Source: Narcine bancroftii (Eukaryota). Taken from it: 64,000 nucleotides of DNA. A program made the position numbers and the translations under genes. How positions within the stretch are numbered: position 1 is the first letter of the stretch; every line of letters starts with the position of its first letter. The stretch covers positions 744,001 to 808,000 of the forward strand of contig NW_027211801.1 in the NCBI RefSeq assembly GCF_036971445.1, in the 5' to 3' direction. Below, one piece after another: positions 50,925-64,000 of this stretch. The notes below the pieces were generated by a model. The model did not search any database, was not told the origin of the DNA, and saw only the letters and a program-made list of their open reading frames with translations.

Positions 50925-51794
50925 GTATGACATATCTCAATTTTTTTGAGAATAATAGCATTTAATCTCCAATTTTACTTAAGATCAGTAATTTGAGAGC
51001 ATTTTGATAGACTGACCAACTTGTGTAAGTTTTAGTTTTATAAGAGTGGCTGTGATAACCTCTGGAAAAGGTTGACGGCTGTGATTAATAATACCCATGA
51101 GGAACAGGAACAATGATCAAATCTTTCCAGTATTTTATTGTTCTCTTGGTGGCCAAACTCACTCGAGTAGGACAGAGACCATGTCAGAAAATAAGACGTG
51201 ATCTCAATTCCTTTTGATAAAATCAAATGTTGAATGGATAATAATGGGTCAAGATTTTCCTGCCTGGCCTCCCACGTGCATTTGTCACTGAACAAGGTGT
51301 AATGTGTCCAATCTGAAAAGGTCACCTAGCTGGCTCAGTATGTTCTAAACCCAAGGCTGAGGCTTGAATGGCATATCAGAAATGCAGAGTGGTCAGCTGG
51401 AACAAGCCCAGCCCCCCAAAATTTCTGTTAAATTTTCACTGATATACTAAAGTTGTGAGGGTTTTCAATGCTTCTGATATATTCCTGACTTTCAGATTAT
51501 TTTAAAGCAAACTCAAAATAACAATTAAAAGATTTATTGACATAACAAGAATAAAGAACAGTATAGCAGGGTAACAGGCATTTCATCTTTGGTGAGGAGT
51601 GAACATTGCATTTTTGTCTGTGACCTTCAAAAAAATTGATGCAGGGAACAAAAAGATGATAGCATAAGTAATGGACCAATAGTGTATCGCTTGACCCATT
51701 TTGGATCGATTGGACACTCGATATTTGATAGCATCACAAAATTGTACATTTTTAAATTCATTTAAAAATTACATTCATTTGTTGCACTCTATAG

Positions 51795-52059
51795 TACTTT
51801 GAACTTGGATCCCATCTTGGCACGAAGTTACATCAACAATGGCAAGAGAAGGCCGATGAGCTGTGTTTTAAACATAGAAGATAGGAGCAGGAGTAGGTCA
51901 TTCAGCCCTTCGAGCTTGCTCCGCCATTCAATGAGATCATGGCTGATCTTAAAGTTCAGTACCCTGTGGCTAGAGAACGTAGAAAAAGAGAGAAGAATGG
52001 TTCAGCTGGAAGCCATCTCTAATCCAGAAATCTTGCAGCAAGAACTTGAAAATATCAGG
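51795..52059 (+). pseudogene. Spectraplakin exon E, interrupted by a ~98 bp antisense CR1 3' tail (51866-51963)
   Basis: YFELGSHLGTKLHQQWQEKADEL[insert]WLENVEKERRMVQLEAISNPEILQQELENIR|gt; ctgtg flanks the insert. Confidence 0.85.
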
Positions 52060-52639
52060 GTAAATGAAAGTTATTATTTCCTAAATCACTGTGTAATGTT
52101 GCTTAAACTAATTTACGAGTAGAAACATGAAGGCTTTGAAATAACACTAGTGTGCACATCCAATAAGAGTGGTTAAGACCACATGGGAGGTTTGGAAGTT
52201 TAGCACGTGAAATCAGAAGTTGAGCTCCCTCAATTCCACCTTGATCACCTTTTAATGGGAGCCTGATGAAGAACCAACAGCCAATTTGCTTCCAGATGGT
52301 GGGGGCGATATTGGAAACTGCAGCCAAGAAGCCAAACAGTTCTGCTCTCATTAGGTGTATATTTTCAGTCTGAGTTCCCTCATGTTGCCTGTATCCATGT
52401 TTAATGGGGGCCTGGTGATGAAAGATATTGTGGCAGAATTTTGGATTACCTCCAGGATTATCAAAGCAAAGCAAGGAAATGATTAATGGAATCACCAGGT
52501 GCAGAGATGATAACACCATAGATGGAGGGTTCAGGAAGAGGTGAAGGAGATTGGAGGAAAGGGTGATTTGGAGCTCATTTGGAGGTAAGGTTTGTTTGCA
52601 AGGTTGCAGAGATTGATTTATTCCAAAGAAGTATTCGAA

Positions 52640-53890
52640 CCCTAGAACCTTTCAATTTGCAGAACAGAAACAGGCCTGTTTGGCCCTTCTAGTCTGTTCT
52701 GAACCTTTTTGCTGCCTAGCCCCTATGGACTTGCACCCAGTATATAGTCCTCCATACGTCTCCCATCCATGTACTGGTCCAAATTCTTTTCAAATTTAAA
52801 ATTGAACACACAGTCACCACTTCAGCTGACAGCATGTTCCACACTCCCTCCACTGTCTGTGTGAAGCAGTTCTCCCTCATGTGCCCCCTAAATGCATCAC
52901 CTTAACCCTTACCCCATATCCTCTGGTTTATATTTAATCTGCTCTCAGTGGAACAAGCCTACCTATATTTACTCTGTCTATCCCCCACATCATTTTAAAT
53001 ATCTCTCTCAAATCTTCCCTCATTCTACACTCCAGAGAATAAAATCATAAACTGTTTAACCTTTCCCTGCAACTCTGCTCCTGACGTCCAGGCAACATCC
53101 AAGTAATTCTCTGCACAATTTCCATCCTTCCTGCAGTTAGGTGACCAAATCTGCCCTCAATAATCCAAATTTGGTCTCACCAATGTCACTTATACTTTGA
53201 TTTATCAAGTTCAATGTGCCAAAAGTACTCTTTTCAACCCTATCCACATGTGACCCAGAGAATTAGGTATCTGTATTCCCAGAACCCTCTGTTCTATCAT
53301 ACTTCTCAGTCCCCTACTGTTTACCATGTATGTCCTTTCTTGGCTTGTCCTTCCAAAATGCAACACCTCACCCTTATCTGCATTAAATTCTATCTTCCAT
53401 TTTTTTAGCCCATTTTTTGAGCAGGTCCAGATCCCTCTGCAAGCTTTGAAAACCTTCTTTGCTGTCCCCAACACCTCCTATCTTAGTGTCATCTGCAAAC
53501 TTGCTGACCCAGTTTACCACATTATCATCCAAATAGCCTTCCTGGTTTCTTGCTTGAGGATTTTTCTTGCATTTTCCATCTTCTAAAAAGCACCTCATTT
53601 GCTCTCTGATGTCTGTACCTGTTGCACACCTCTCTTCTGCCAAACCAGATTCCTCAGCCTGCTAATCTTTGCTTTCATCTAAAAAGGAAAATGCAAAGTC
53701 TCTACTCTCCAATTTCACCTTGTAATTCTTCCACTGACCTCGCACATACTTTTCCCAGTTCACACCTTCTCGATCCTTCCTCATTTCCTCAAAATTGGCC
53801 TTTCTCCAATTTAGAATCTCAACCCGAGGCCCAGACCTATCCTTCTCCATCATTAACAAAACGAATGGCATCAAGATCACTGGAGTTGAT
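52640..53890 (-). mobile_element. CR1 LINE fragments
   Basis: WVSKFADDTKIGGV, EFNADKGEVLHFG, LNWRKANFEEMR. Confidence 0.88.
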
Positions 53891-54741
53891 GTTTTAGAAA
53901 TTGGAATTTACATCAGAAAGACAAATCAGTAGTTCCTGTTTTGCTTTATTTATTTGGAGAGCATTTCTCCTCATGCAGTCAGAGAAAAGGCAGACAATTT
54001 ATTGTAGTAAATGGCTTGGGATTGATGGTCATGGACAAAAGGTGTGGGCCATTAAGTGCTCAAGTGAGAATAGGAGTTGCCAATGGGTAGGATTGCTGAG
54101 GGAGAACATATATTTACCGATGAAGGATGACGGATTGGGGAGAGGGGACACCTGGAGTAAAAGTAGATGGGTAGAAAAACGATAATGCAGAATAACCTTC
54201 TGCATCCAAATCTACGTCCATTAGTGGTGAAAAGCCAAATGAGTTCCTCAGCATAATTTTACCAATGCTGATGTGAATCTAAGCTTCAAGTACTGCATGT
54301 ATGCCAGCTATCATAACATTTTTAAACATATTCTTGTGATCTTGATGGTTTGCAAGGGGACTTCAGGGCCGGCCAAGAGATGTAGACAAGATAAAGATGA
54401 TGAGCTCAACAGCATCAGAAAATGTACAAAGATCAGGCATATTAAATACATAGAAGCATTAATGAGAGTAATGATCAATATAAAGTTTGATCTGGTTGTT
54501 TGAGAAAATCCCAATATCCTGTGGTTATTGGGTGCTTGAAAATGTTCGCCTCCTCTCCCCAAAGCAGGCCAGAGAGTTGTCGGTATATATGATAAATTTA
54601 GAGAATCGTCTTCACAATCTGTTTATCTCCTTGACACCAAGACAATATCAAAATTAATCAAGGCATCGGCAAAACCAAGATCTAGAGAAATAAATCTTAA
54701 TTTTATTGTGGATGAGTCATTGTGTCATTTTAAAATCACAG

Positions 54742-54851
54742 GTCCTTCAGGAAGAAATTTCTGAACATGAAGTTACAGGAAGCAGCAAAATGCCTGCTGT
54801 CCTTGAGCAATGACGTTGTTCCAAATGTACTTCAGCTTCGGAAGACCACAG
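54742..54851 (+). pseudogene. Spectraplakin exon F (frameshifted)
   Basis: VLQEEISEH / KLQEAAKCLLSLSNDVVPNVLQLRKTT|gt; phase 0 to 1. Confidence 0.8.
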
Positions 54852-55706
54852 GTACCTTTCCAACATTTGCTGCTTAGATCGAAGGGTGGTTCTTTAATTA
54901 CAACAAATAAAAGTGATGTTTCCTGCTGGTAAATTAGACATTTTCAATATATGCAAATTACCAGTGGGGATCCACCAACCCCTTTGAACCATTCTAAAAT
55001 ATTTCTTGCAGTTGATTGGATTTCAAATGTTGAATCATCTTTACCTAGCACGTCATAAATAGGCTATCATTTCATAAACTGCTCTGAAAACTCTAAAATA
55101 AATGGAATGATCATTGACTAAAGAACTGTGTACACTCAAATAAATGTTTGAAAAAAATACAGCATTTAAGAAAGTTCAATAGAACTTTCTCCACAGAATT
55201 GTGGTGAGTGATTCAGACTCGTATGCCAGAATCGCAATAGTATTGCAAAATGTGTGTTTATTGAATGAAATGTCTGCGAGAGTGGTGCATCTTAGAAGTG
55301 TTGGGCCTTAGAAAATTGTTGCATGAGAGGGACTGAATTAAGAACCATATTTGGAGCGATGGAAATGAAAATGGCGGCAAATGGGAATTCTTGGAGTGAA
55401 TTCTTTGAAAGTGATGTATTGCCATTAATTTAATTAAGCAGCCGGGCTCCAGTTGTACCAGACTTGTCTGTTGCTCATCAAATGAAGAGGAGATCGATTG
55501 GAAACCAGACAACTTCCAATCATAGAAACAAGATTGGAAATGGGAACCAAATGTTAAAATATGCCAGCAGTACAGTGAAGTCATGAGCTGCATCGAAATG
55601 TTAATGATGCAGATGCTCTACCAGCTCATTTAGTTTCTACATTTCTGTTTTCTTTCCTAAATTTCAGAATTTCTATTTTTTCTGAAGGGTGCTTTTGTCT
55701 TGTTCA

Positions 55707-58700
55707 GGCAGGCAGAGGCCCCGATCCGGGCAGAGAGTTGGAGGCGGCGGCCCCAGTCCGGGCACAGGGAGAGCTGCGGCGGCCTCGGCCCCGGACCGGG
55801 CAGCATGGACCGACCTAGGAGGGGAGGCAGACCCCTCCAGCCCGGGTAAGAAACCTGCATAGGAGAAGGCCACTCCGATATAAAACCTACGACCCAAGGA
55901 CCTCGCTGCCACGTCCCAGCTTGCTTGGCCACGGCACACGAACCATGGGTGTAAAGGGTGGGGCCAGTACTGCGCGCACTGCACTCCACCTAAAAGCTCC
56001 TTTGCGCAGGCCCGAGGACAGGTCCACGTCCTCCCCCTCCACGTTCTCCCCCTTCACGTCCTCCCCCTCCACGTCCTCCCCTTCAAAAGATGCTCACAAA
56101 CTCAAGCTAGCATGCTGGAACATCAGAACCATGCTAGACAAGGCTGACAGCCACCGACCTGAACGTCGGTCTGCCCTCATTGCACATGAACTCCTCAGAC
56201 TTGACATCGACATAGCCGCACTGAGTGAAGTCCTCCTGGCAGATGTAGGCAGCCTCCAGGAACGCGGCGCGGGCTACACACTCTACTGGTCTGGCAAGCC
56301 TTCGGATGAACGACGCCTATCTGGTGTAGGCTTCATGGTCAAGAACTTCATTGCCTCCAAACTCGAAAACCTTCCGACAGGCCACTCGGACCGAATCATG
56401 TCCATGCGACTCCCCCTTCAAAACAAGCGTTGCATCACCCTCATCAGTGTCTATGCTCCAACCCTCCAGGCGGAACCAGCAGAAAAGGACAAGTCCTACA
56501 CTGACCTGCGCAACTTCATCCAATGCACCCCTTCAGCCGACAAGGTTGTCATCCTTGGCGACTTCAACGCTCGCGTCGGCAAAGACTCAGAAACCTGGCC
56601 AGGAATCCTGGGCAAGCATGGCGTCGGCAAGTGCAACGACAATGGGCGCCTCCTGTTGGAGCTCTGCGCAGAACAGCGGCTTGTCATTTCAAACACCCTT
56701 TTTCAGCAGAGGGACAGCCTTAAGACCACCTGGATGAATCCCCGATCCAAACACTGGCACCTCCTGGACTACATCCTGGTGCGAGAAAGAGACAAACGAG
56801 ATGTGCTCCACACCAGGGTCATGCCCAGCGCGGAATGCCACACTGACCACCGGCTGGTTCGCTGCAAGCTCAACCTTCACTTCAAGCCAAAGCCCAGGAA
56901 CAGTAAAGCCCCCAGAAAGAGGTTCAATGATGGAAACCTGCAGTCAGACGAAGCGAGAGGAAACTTCCAGGCAAACCTCAAAGCAAAGCTCGACGATGCA
57001 ACCCGCCTCACGGACCCGTCCCCTGAAACCCTCTGGGATCAGTTGAAGACTACCATACTGCAATCCACTGAAGAGGTTCTGGGCTTCTCCTCCAGGAAAA
57101 ACAAGGACTGGTTCGACGAAAACAGCCAGGAAATCCAGGAGCTGCTGGCAAAGAAGCGAGCTGCCCACCAGGCTCACCTTACAAAGCCGTCCTGTCCAGA
57201 GAAGAAACAAGCCTTCTGTTGCGCATGCAGCCATCTTCAGCGAAAACTCCGGGAGATCCAAAATGAGTGGTGGACTAGCCTCGCCAAACGAACCCAGCTC
57301 AGCGCGGACATTGGCGACTTCAGGGGTTTCTACGAGGCTCTAAAGGCTGTGTACGGCCCCTCACCCCAAGTCCAAAGCCCGCTGCGCAGCTCAGACGGCA
57401 AAGTCCTCCTCAGAGACAAGATCTCCATCCTCAACCGATGGTCAGAACACTTCCAATCTCTTTTCAGTGCCAACCGCTCAGTCCAAGATTCCGCCCTGCT
57501 CCAGCTCCCTCAACAGCCCCTAAGGCTAGAGCTGGATGAGGTCCTCACCCAGGATGAGACATATAAGGCAATCGAACAACTGAAAAGTGGCAAAGCAGCA
57601 GGTCTGGATGGAATCCCCCCCAGAGGCCTGGAAGGCTGGCGGCAAAACTCTGCATGTCAAACTGCATGAGTTTTTCAAGCTTTGTTGGGACCAAGGAAAA
57701 CTGCCTCAGGACCTTCGTGATGCCACCATCATCACCCTGTACAAAAACAAAGGCGAGAAATCAGACTGCTCAAACTACAGGGGAATCACGCTGCTCTCCA
57801 TTGCAGGCAAAATCTTCGCTAGGATTCTACTAAATAGAATAATACCTATTGTCGCCGAGAATATTCTCCCAGAATCACAGTGCGGCTTTCGCGCAAACAG
57901 AGGAACTACTGACATGGTCTTTGCCCTCAGACAGCTCCAAGAAAAGTGCAGAGAACAAAACAAAGGACTCTACATCACCTTTGTTGAACTGCCTTCGACA
58001 CCGTGAGCAGGAAAGGGCTTTGGCAAATACTAGAGTGCATCGGATGTCCCCCAAAGTTCCTCAACATGATTATCCAACTGCACGAAAACCAACAAGGTCG
58101 GGTCAGATACAGCAATGAGCTCTCTGAACCCTTCTCCATTAACAATGGCGTGAAGCAAGGCTGTGTTCTCGCACCAACCCTCTTTTCAATCTTCTTCAGC
58201 ATGATGCTGAACCAAGCCATGAAAGACCTCAACAGTGAAGACGCTGTTTACATCCGGTACCGCACGGATGGCAGTCTCTTCAATCTGAGGCGCCTGCAAG
58301 CTCACACCAAGACACAAGAGAAACTTGTCCGTGAACTACTCTTTGCAGACGATGCCGCTTTAGATCCAGCTCTTCAGCGCTTGACGTCCTGCTTTGCGGA
58401 AACTGCCAAAATGTTTGGCCTGGAAGTCAGCCTGAAGAAAACTGAGGTCCTCCATCAGCCAGCTCCCCACCATGACTACCAGCCCCCCCACATCTCCATC
58501 GGGCACACAAAACTCAAAACGGTCAACCAGTTTACCTATCTCGGCATCACCATTTCATCAGATGCAAGGATCGACAATGAGATAGACAACAGACTCGCCA
58601 AGGCAAATAGCGCCTTTGGAAGACTACACAAAAGAGTCTGGAAAAACAATCAACTGAAAAACCTCACAAAGATAAGCGTATACAGAGCCGTTGTCATACC

Positions 58701-59320
58701 CACACTCCTGTTCGGCTCCGAATCATGGGTCCTCTACCGGCATCACCTACGGCTCCTAGAACGCTTCCACCAGCGTTGTTTCCGCTCCATCCTCAACATC
58801 CATTGGAGCGCTTTCATCCCTAACGTCGAAGTACTCGAGACGGCAGAGGTCGACAGCATCGAGTCCACGCTGCTGAAGATCCAGCTGCGCTGGGTGGGTC
58901 ACGTCTCCAAAATGGAGGACCATCGCCTTCCCAAGATCGTGTTATATGGCAAGCTCTCCACTGGCCACCGTGACAGAGGTGCACCAAAGAAAAGGTACAA
59001 GGACTGCCTAAAGAAATCTCTTGGTGCCTGCCACATTGACCACCGCCAGTGGGCTGATATCGCCTCAAACCGTGCATGTTGGCGCCTCACAGTTTGGCGG
59101 GCAGCAACCTCCTTTGAAGAAGACCGCAGAGCCCACCTCACTGACAAAAGGCAAAGGAGGAAAAACCCAACACCCAACCCCAACCAACCAATTTTCCCCT
59201 GCAGCCGCTGCAACCGTGTATGCCTGTCCCGCATCGGACTTGTCAGCCACAAACGAGCCTGCAGCTGACGTGGACTTTTACCCCCTCCATAAATCTTCGT
59301 CCGCGAAACCAAGCCAAAGA
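55707..59320 (+). mobile_element. Near-full-length RTE-clade LINE (APE + RT), two frameshifts
   Basis: WNIRT, SVYAPT, GDFNA, TDHRLV (endonuclease) and LFADD (RT). Relative to the 46-48 kb copy: +1 C at ~57620, a 7-bp deletion at ~57990 and a 12-bp deletion at ~58362. Confidence 0.96.
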
Positions 59321-59961
59321 AGGAATATAAATAGAGGGTATGTAGAAATGGTAGAGGGATAAGCATTGTGCATTTACCAAGTGTGAACCTCTGGCAAACA
59401 TGAACCCAAGGAAGTGTTTGGAGCTGTGATGGCTCAAAGACCTACAATGAGAGGGGATTTCTCATGCTGTGCTGTGAGGCACTGAAAATCCATGCATCTG
59501 AGCACCCGAAGGGTGGGAGACAGTTCTGGTGAGAACGGTAGCAGCTGCTCTCAGAGTCTTCACTGTTCATCTCTCTTCTCTATTCTTTGTTGTTCTTGCT
59601 CATCCCCAGCTCCAACTCCCCCCACTTCACCTGCTCCTCTCGATGAGGAAAAGGCCATTTGCACAAGAAAATGGAGAGAGAATTGTGCAAATCTCGTTTC
59701 CTTTCCACTGTTCCTCATTTCACTCGTCTGCTATTTTACACTGATTCCCTCCAAACTTTTTTCATTCCTTGTTCACCCTTTTTCTCCTACTTTTCCCTCG
59801 TCATCTTCTATTCTGCATTGCTTTAAATAATACTAAACCCTCAGTTCACCTTTCTCCAAAACAAAAAATATGTTTGTTTTGATGAATACACCGGAACCTT
59901 GTGGTAAATCTTTGAAGACACTTTTAAATGTATGTGTAATAAAACCTTGTGTTCCTTTTAG

Positions 59962-60057
59962 CTACCATTGAAAAGAGATTCCAGCGTTTGCGTCAGGGAG
60001 CATCAGAGCAGAAGAGGAAGTTGGAACAGACAAATGTCCAAGAGGAAGACCTCGAAG
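59962..60057 (+). pseudogene. Spectraplakin exon G
   Basis: ccttttag|ct acc att gives (A)TIEKRFQRLRQGASEQKRKLEQTNVQEEDLE; phase 1 matches exon F; 3' boundary uncertain. Confidence 0.7.
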
Positions 60058-60229
60058 GTTTACTTTTATCTGGCACTTCTCACAACTGCGATTTTGGAAA
60101 TGTTTTATTTCTGGATTGATTGACGTCATTGAGAAACATGGCTATTTTGCACATATCACAGGTCCCTAATAACAATGCAAGAATGACCAGATGATGTTGA
60201 TTGCAAGATAAATATTGGCCGAGACAATC

Positions 60230-61220
60230 ACAGTCCAGATACAGGACATCTCGGTCCCTCTAGTCCACACCGATTTAAGTGAGCTCCTCTAGTCCCACTT
60301 TCCCGCTCCCTGTTCATAACCCTCCAATCCTTTCACATCCATGCACCTATCCAACTTGTTCTTAAATGACTCGAGAAGTTACATCTCGGACTCTGGCACC
60401 AGGGAGGCAAACCACCATCCTGTTTCCTTAATCAGATCCACAGAATCCCCGATCTGTCCTCCTGGCCATCGAATCCCCTATAACTATCGTCCTCCTCGTC
60501 CTTTCCCTACCCTTTTGGGCAACAGAGGCTGACCTTGTGCCAGAGATACAGCCACTGATTCCTTCCCCAGCCTGAATGCCACCCCCCCAACAGTACTCAA
60601 GGAGGGCTTCAGTCAGAGGGGCCCCCTCCTGTATCTGTCTCTTCCCTTTTCCCTCTCCTAACTGTAACCCACTGATCCTCCTCCTGTGGCCCTGCTGAGA
60701 CCACCAGGCTATTGCTCCTATCTATAATGGCCTCATGCTCTCTGACCAGAGTGAGGTCATCGAGCTGCAGCTCCAGTTCCCTAACATGGTCCCTGAGACC
60801 CTGCAGCTCAGTATACTTAGTGCAGACGTGGATGTCCGGGAGGCTAGAAGACTCCAGGACCTCCCACATCTGACAATGAGAAGAGCAAACTGCTTTCACA
60901 CACATCCCTTCTCTCTCCCCCTCACCTTAGAAAGAGAAAATAACAAAAAGATAATATGTGGCAAATATACAGTCTGAGCTTAATTCAGAGATGCTCGACC
61001 TCGGCCTCTGCTCGCCGAAGCCTCTCGAGCCAAAGCCTTGAAGCCCCACTCATTCACCAGGACACTCGTGCGCTCCTCGCTGGCTGCTCCTTTTCCTTAC
61101 CCTCCTTTTATTGGCCCTTGTCCAATCACTCTCACCTCGCTCCTCCTCTGAACACTGCCCGAACTCTGGTCACCGCCTCCTCCGACTTGCTGCTTGAACC
61201 GACTCGGCCCGAGGCCCGGT
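60230..61220 (-). mobile_element. CR1 5' region/ORF1 fragments and 3' tail
   Basis: CSSHCQMWEV...VRELELQLDDL...WVTVRRGK, typical of the CR1 ORF1 N-terminus. Confidence 0.75.
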
Positions 61221-62279
61221 AAAGAACAGAATCTATTGTACGATAGAATCTTGTATGTTCTTTAACAAACCACTCATGCAATTTGATTTTACTACTTCCC
61301 CAAGGTGCCATTTAGAAAAGCACAGAATCTTGTGGATGGTGATTCTCTTCACCATCTGAAACAAGCAAATGGGTTATTATTATTCAAGCTCCTCCCTCTC
61401 ATGTTAGAAGTTTGAAAAAGATAAAAGCTGCTCCATAGTTTTATGCATCCACAAGTGTATAAAAAATGGGTTGTGTCAAATCAATGGCAATTATCCATGC
61501 TTGCTGCATCCAGGCATAATTGAAGATTGGAGCATGACAGCAATGCTATGTCAACTGTGGCAGATTAACGACCACCCCAGGCTGAGTTTTAGTAAAGTCC
61601 CCTAATCTTGCCTCCCTGCCCCACTCTTTGCTGAATCGAATAATGTGACATTAAGTTATGTTAAATAAAATATTAGGGGTCTCCAAATTGGTCGATATTG
61701 ACCCCTGGTGGAGGTGGGGGGTGGTCAATGGGATGATCCAAGGGGGTGAAAAATCCTAGGGGGTCAAAAAGGCATCAATAAACTTTGAGGTGTGTATTCA
61801 GTTTTGGGTTTGAAAGAATTTTGAGGTCCCTGCCTCTGCTTCTGCTGGGAGCCTGAAGTTTCCACTCCTGCCTGGGTGCTCGATGACCCGGCTCCTGCCA
61901 GCCCCCCCTTCTTCTGGGCCCCTGGGATTAAGCCTTCTCAGCCTAATGGCTCATTGGCCACTGCATATCAAGTTTGACTCTTTAACAAAATGCTTCATCT
62001 GTAAAATCATGCACCTGTGTCGGTTTTGTAATGTCCCCACGGGACCCTGTGTCTGTGCTGAATGTTTGTACTTTCTATTGGTTGGCCCATGCCCTGTTCT
62101 GTCTCCCTGTTGGTTATTTTGATCCTGTGATGATGAATGGCGGACAGATGTCTGGTGGTGAGGGGAAAGGGGAAACAGAGAAATCTGTTTGTGACATAGT
62201 GGCCCATCAAATCTATGCCTGCAGTCAAAATACTCCCTTCAGCCCCATTCCCCAACTAGCCCCCTTAACCCTTCTCTCT

Positions 62280-62799
62280 CAGTGCACCCTGTGGCTGTAT
62301 CCCTCAACAAGTATTCTGTTTTAGATACTTTAGGGGGGGGGGAGTGTGGTAACGAATTGCCAGGGACAAATCGAGGTGGATATTACTCCGGCACAGTGGT
62401 TGCACCCGCCCCCCATCCACTCAGAAGGGAGGAGTGGGGAGGGGAAGGGAGTGATGGTGATTGGGGACTTGTTGGTTAGACAAGTGGATAGGAGGTTCTG
62501 TAAATAAGATGGAGGCACCCAGAAGGAATGATATCTCCCAGGTGCCAGGGTCAGGGACGATTCGGATCAAGTTCATAGCATTCTGGAGGAGGAGGGCAAG
62601 CAGCTGGATGTTGTGGTCCACATGAGGACCAATGACATCGATAGGAATAGGGATGAGATCCACAGGAAGGAATACAGGTACAGAATCCTTTCTCCAGACA
62701 TCTAAAATCCAGAATGCTCCAAAATCCAGCACTTTTTTCCTGGTGCTGGTACAGTGGAGAGAGAAAGAGAGATAGATGGCAGCGTGAATTGTGTGGGAA

Positions 62800-62831
<32 letters not shown>

Positions 62832-63560
62832 GCACGACTTGGGTGGGTGAGCGGGGAGAGAGTCGACTGCGCGGCGGGTGGGTGAGGAGAGAGAGACGGC
62901 AGCGTGACTTGGATGGGCGGGGGGAGATGGCAGCGTGACTCGGGTAGATTGGAGAATGGTAAATATCTCCTTGTTTAAAAAAGGTAATGGGGAATCCTGG
63001 GAATTTTAGACTGGTGAGTCTTACATTATTGGTGTGTATACTAATGGAAGGGATTCTTAAGGATGAGATCTATAAACACCTGGAGAAATACAGTCAAGTC
63101 AAGGAGAGTCAGCATGTCTTGTGAAGGCAAGCTTGGGCTTCACAAATCTAACTGAGTCTTTTGAGGAGGTTACAAAAGAAATTAATGAGGGTAGGGTGCT
63201 AGATATGGTGGACGTGGATTTTAGCCAGGCGTTTGAGAAAGTCGGCCATGAGAGATGTCTGCAGAAAGTCATGAGTCATGGGATGAGTGGAAAATTATCT
63301 CCTGAAATAAAAGCTGTCATGTAGGAAGAAAGCAGAGAGTAATAGTGGAAGGAAATGATTCTGCCTGGAGGTTGGGGACCAGTGGAGGGGCTGCAGGGAT
63401 CTGTTCTGGGACCTCTGCTCTTTGCGATTTTCATAAATGACCTGCATGAAGAGGCGGATGGATAGGTCAGTAAGTTTGCAGATGACACGAAGGTTGGATT
63501 GGAGGAGTTATGAATGGAGATGAAGGATGTTGAAGGTAACAAAATGATAAAGATGAGATA
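62280..63560 (+). mobile_element. CR1 ORF1 esterase and ORF2 RT fragments, interrupted by a Tigger-like MITE end near 62675
   Basis: SLNKYSVLDT, VIGD, PGARVRD, VVVHMRTND; VDFSQAFEKV, QGSVLGPLLF, SKFADDTK. Confidence 0.8.
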
Positions 63561-64000
63561 GGACCCCATCTCCCCTAGTAACCGTAGTTTTGAATGACAA
63601 GACTGTTGTTCCCATTCATCACAGGAAGAACATTTGACTCAAGGACTGAAGTGTTTTGACCATGATTCCAAGTCACTGTTCTGGAAATTGAAATGAGATG
63701 GAATAGTGGAGCTTTCACCATCCCCATTATACTGCAGAATATCTCCCCTAACTAAATCACAGAATAGACACAGCAGAGAAGAAGGCCATTTGGCCCATTG
63801 TGCCATGCCAGCTCTGTACATGAATGTCCATAAATTCTACACTCTGACCATGTCAATATTTCCCTCATCATATATTTATCAAATTTGGTCCTGAAGGTCG
63901 GTTCACAGGCAGAGAATTCAAACTTTGAACCTCAGAGTAAAATCATCTCTCCCTGTGATGATTTTTAAACTCTTTTGGAAATAAAGAGACATTAAAGCAG

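Larger units (their letters stand above)
35847..60057 (+). pseudogene. Spectraplakin (dystonin/MACF1-family) spectrin-repeat region, multi-exon pseudogene
   Basis: Colinear exons with canonical AG/GT and matching phases; motifs LATEAAQTFLDQNG, FHKGDLRH and NPEILQQELE match recalled DST/MACF1 rod sequence; at least 7 in-frame stops, a frameshift and a TE insertion. Confidence 0.85.

Noticed and set aside
51799-52122. 107-aa ORF as an intact exon
   Set aside because: A chimera of an off-frame exon start, the CR1 tail insertion, the true exon end and intron.

Overview
Eukaryotic, repeat-dominated window. It is very probably from a cartilaginous fish (ray or shark), judged from an HE1/V-type SINE, elasmobranch-style CR1 tails and a GPR139-like receptor relic. 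No intact host gene is evident. Host-derived content is (i) a decayed GPR139-like GPCR exon at 5.4-6.4 kb and (ii) six to seven exons, 35.8-60.1 kb on the + strand, of a dead spectraplakin (DST/MACF1-like) spectrin-repeat rod, with intact splice sites and phases but many stops and frameshifts. The rest is mobile DNA: a young Gypsy element with an open gag-pol running off the left edge, nested Gypsy and Gmr1-like elements, solo and rearranged LTRs, class I- and class III-like ERV relics, CR1, Rex1/Babar, L1, Penelope-like, two young inverted RTE copies, a SINE, MITEs and minisatellites. The most striking structural signal is in two diverged members of one Gypsy lineage. Neither has a tRNA primer-binding site; instead, directly after the 5' LTR, each carries a 14-18 nt complement of its own LTR poly(A)-signal region at conserved 47-48 nt spacing, suggesting self-priming and/or poly(A)-site occlusion. 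An unexplained AT-rich coding relic next to the assembly gap is a candidate endogenous viral fragment. All family assignments are by eye, from recalled motifs; no database searches were run.
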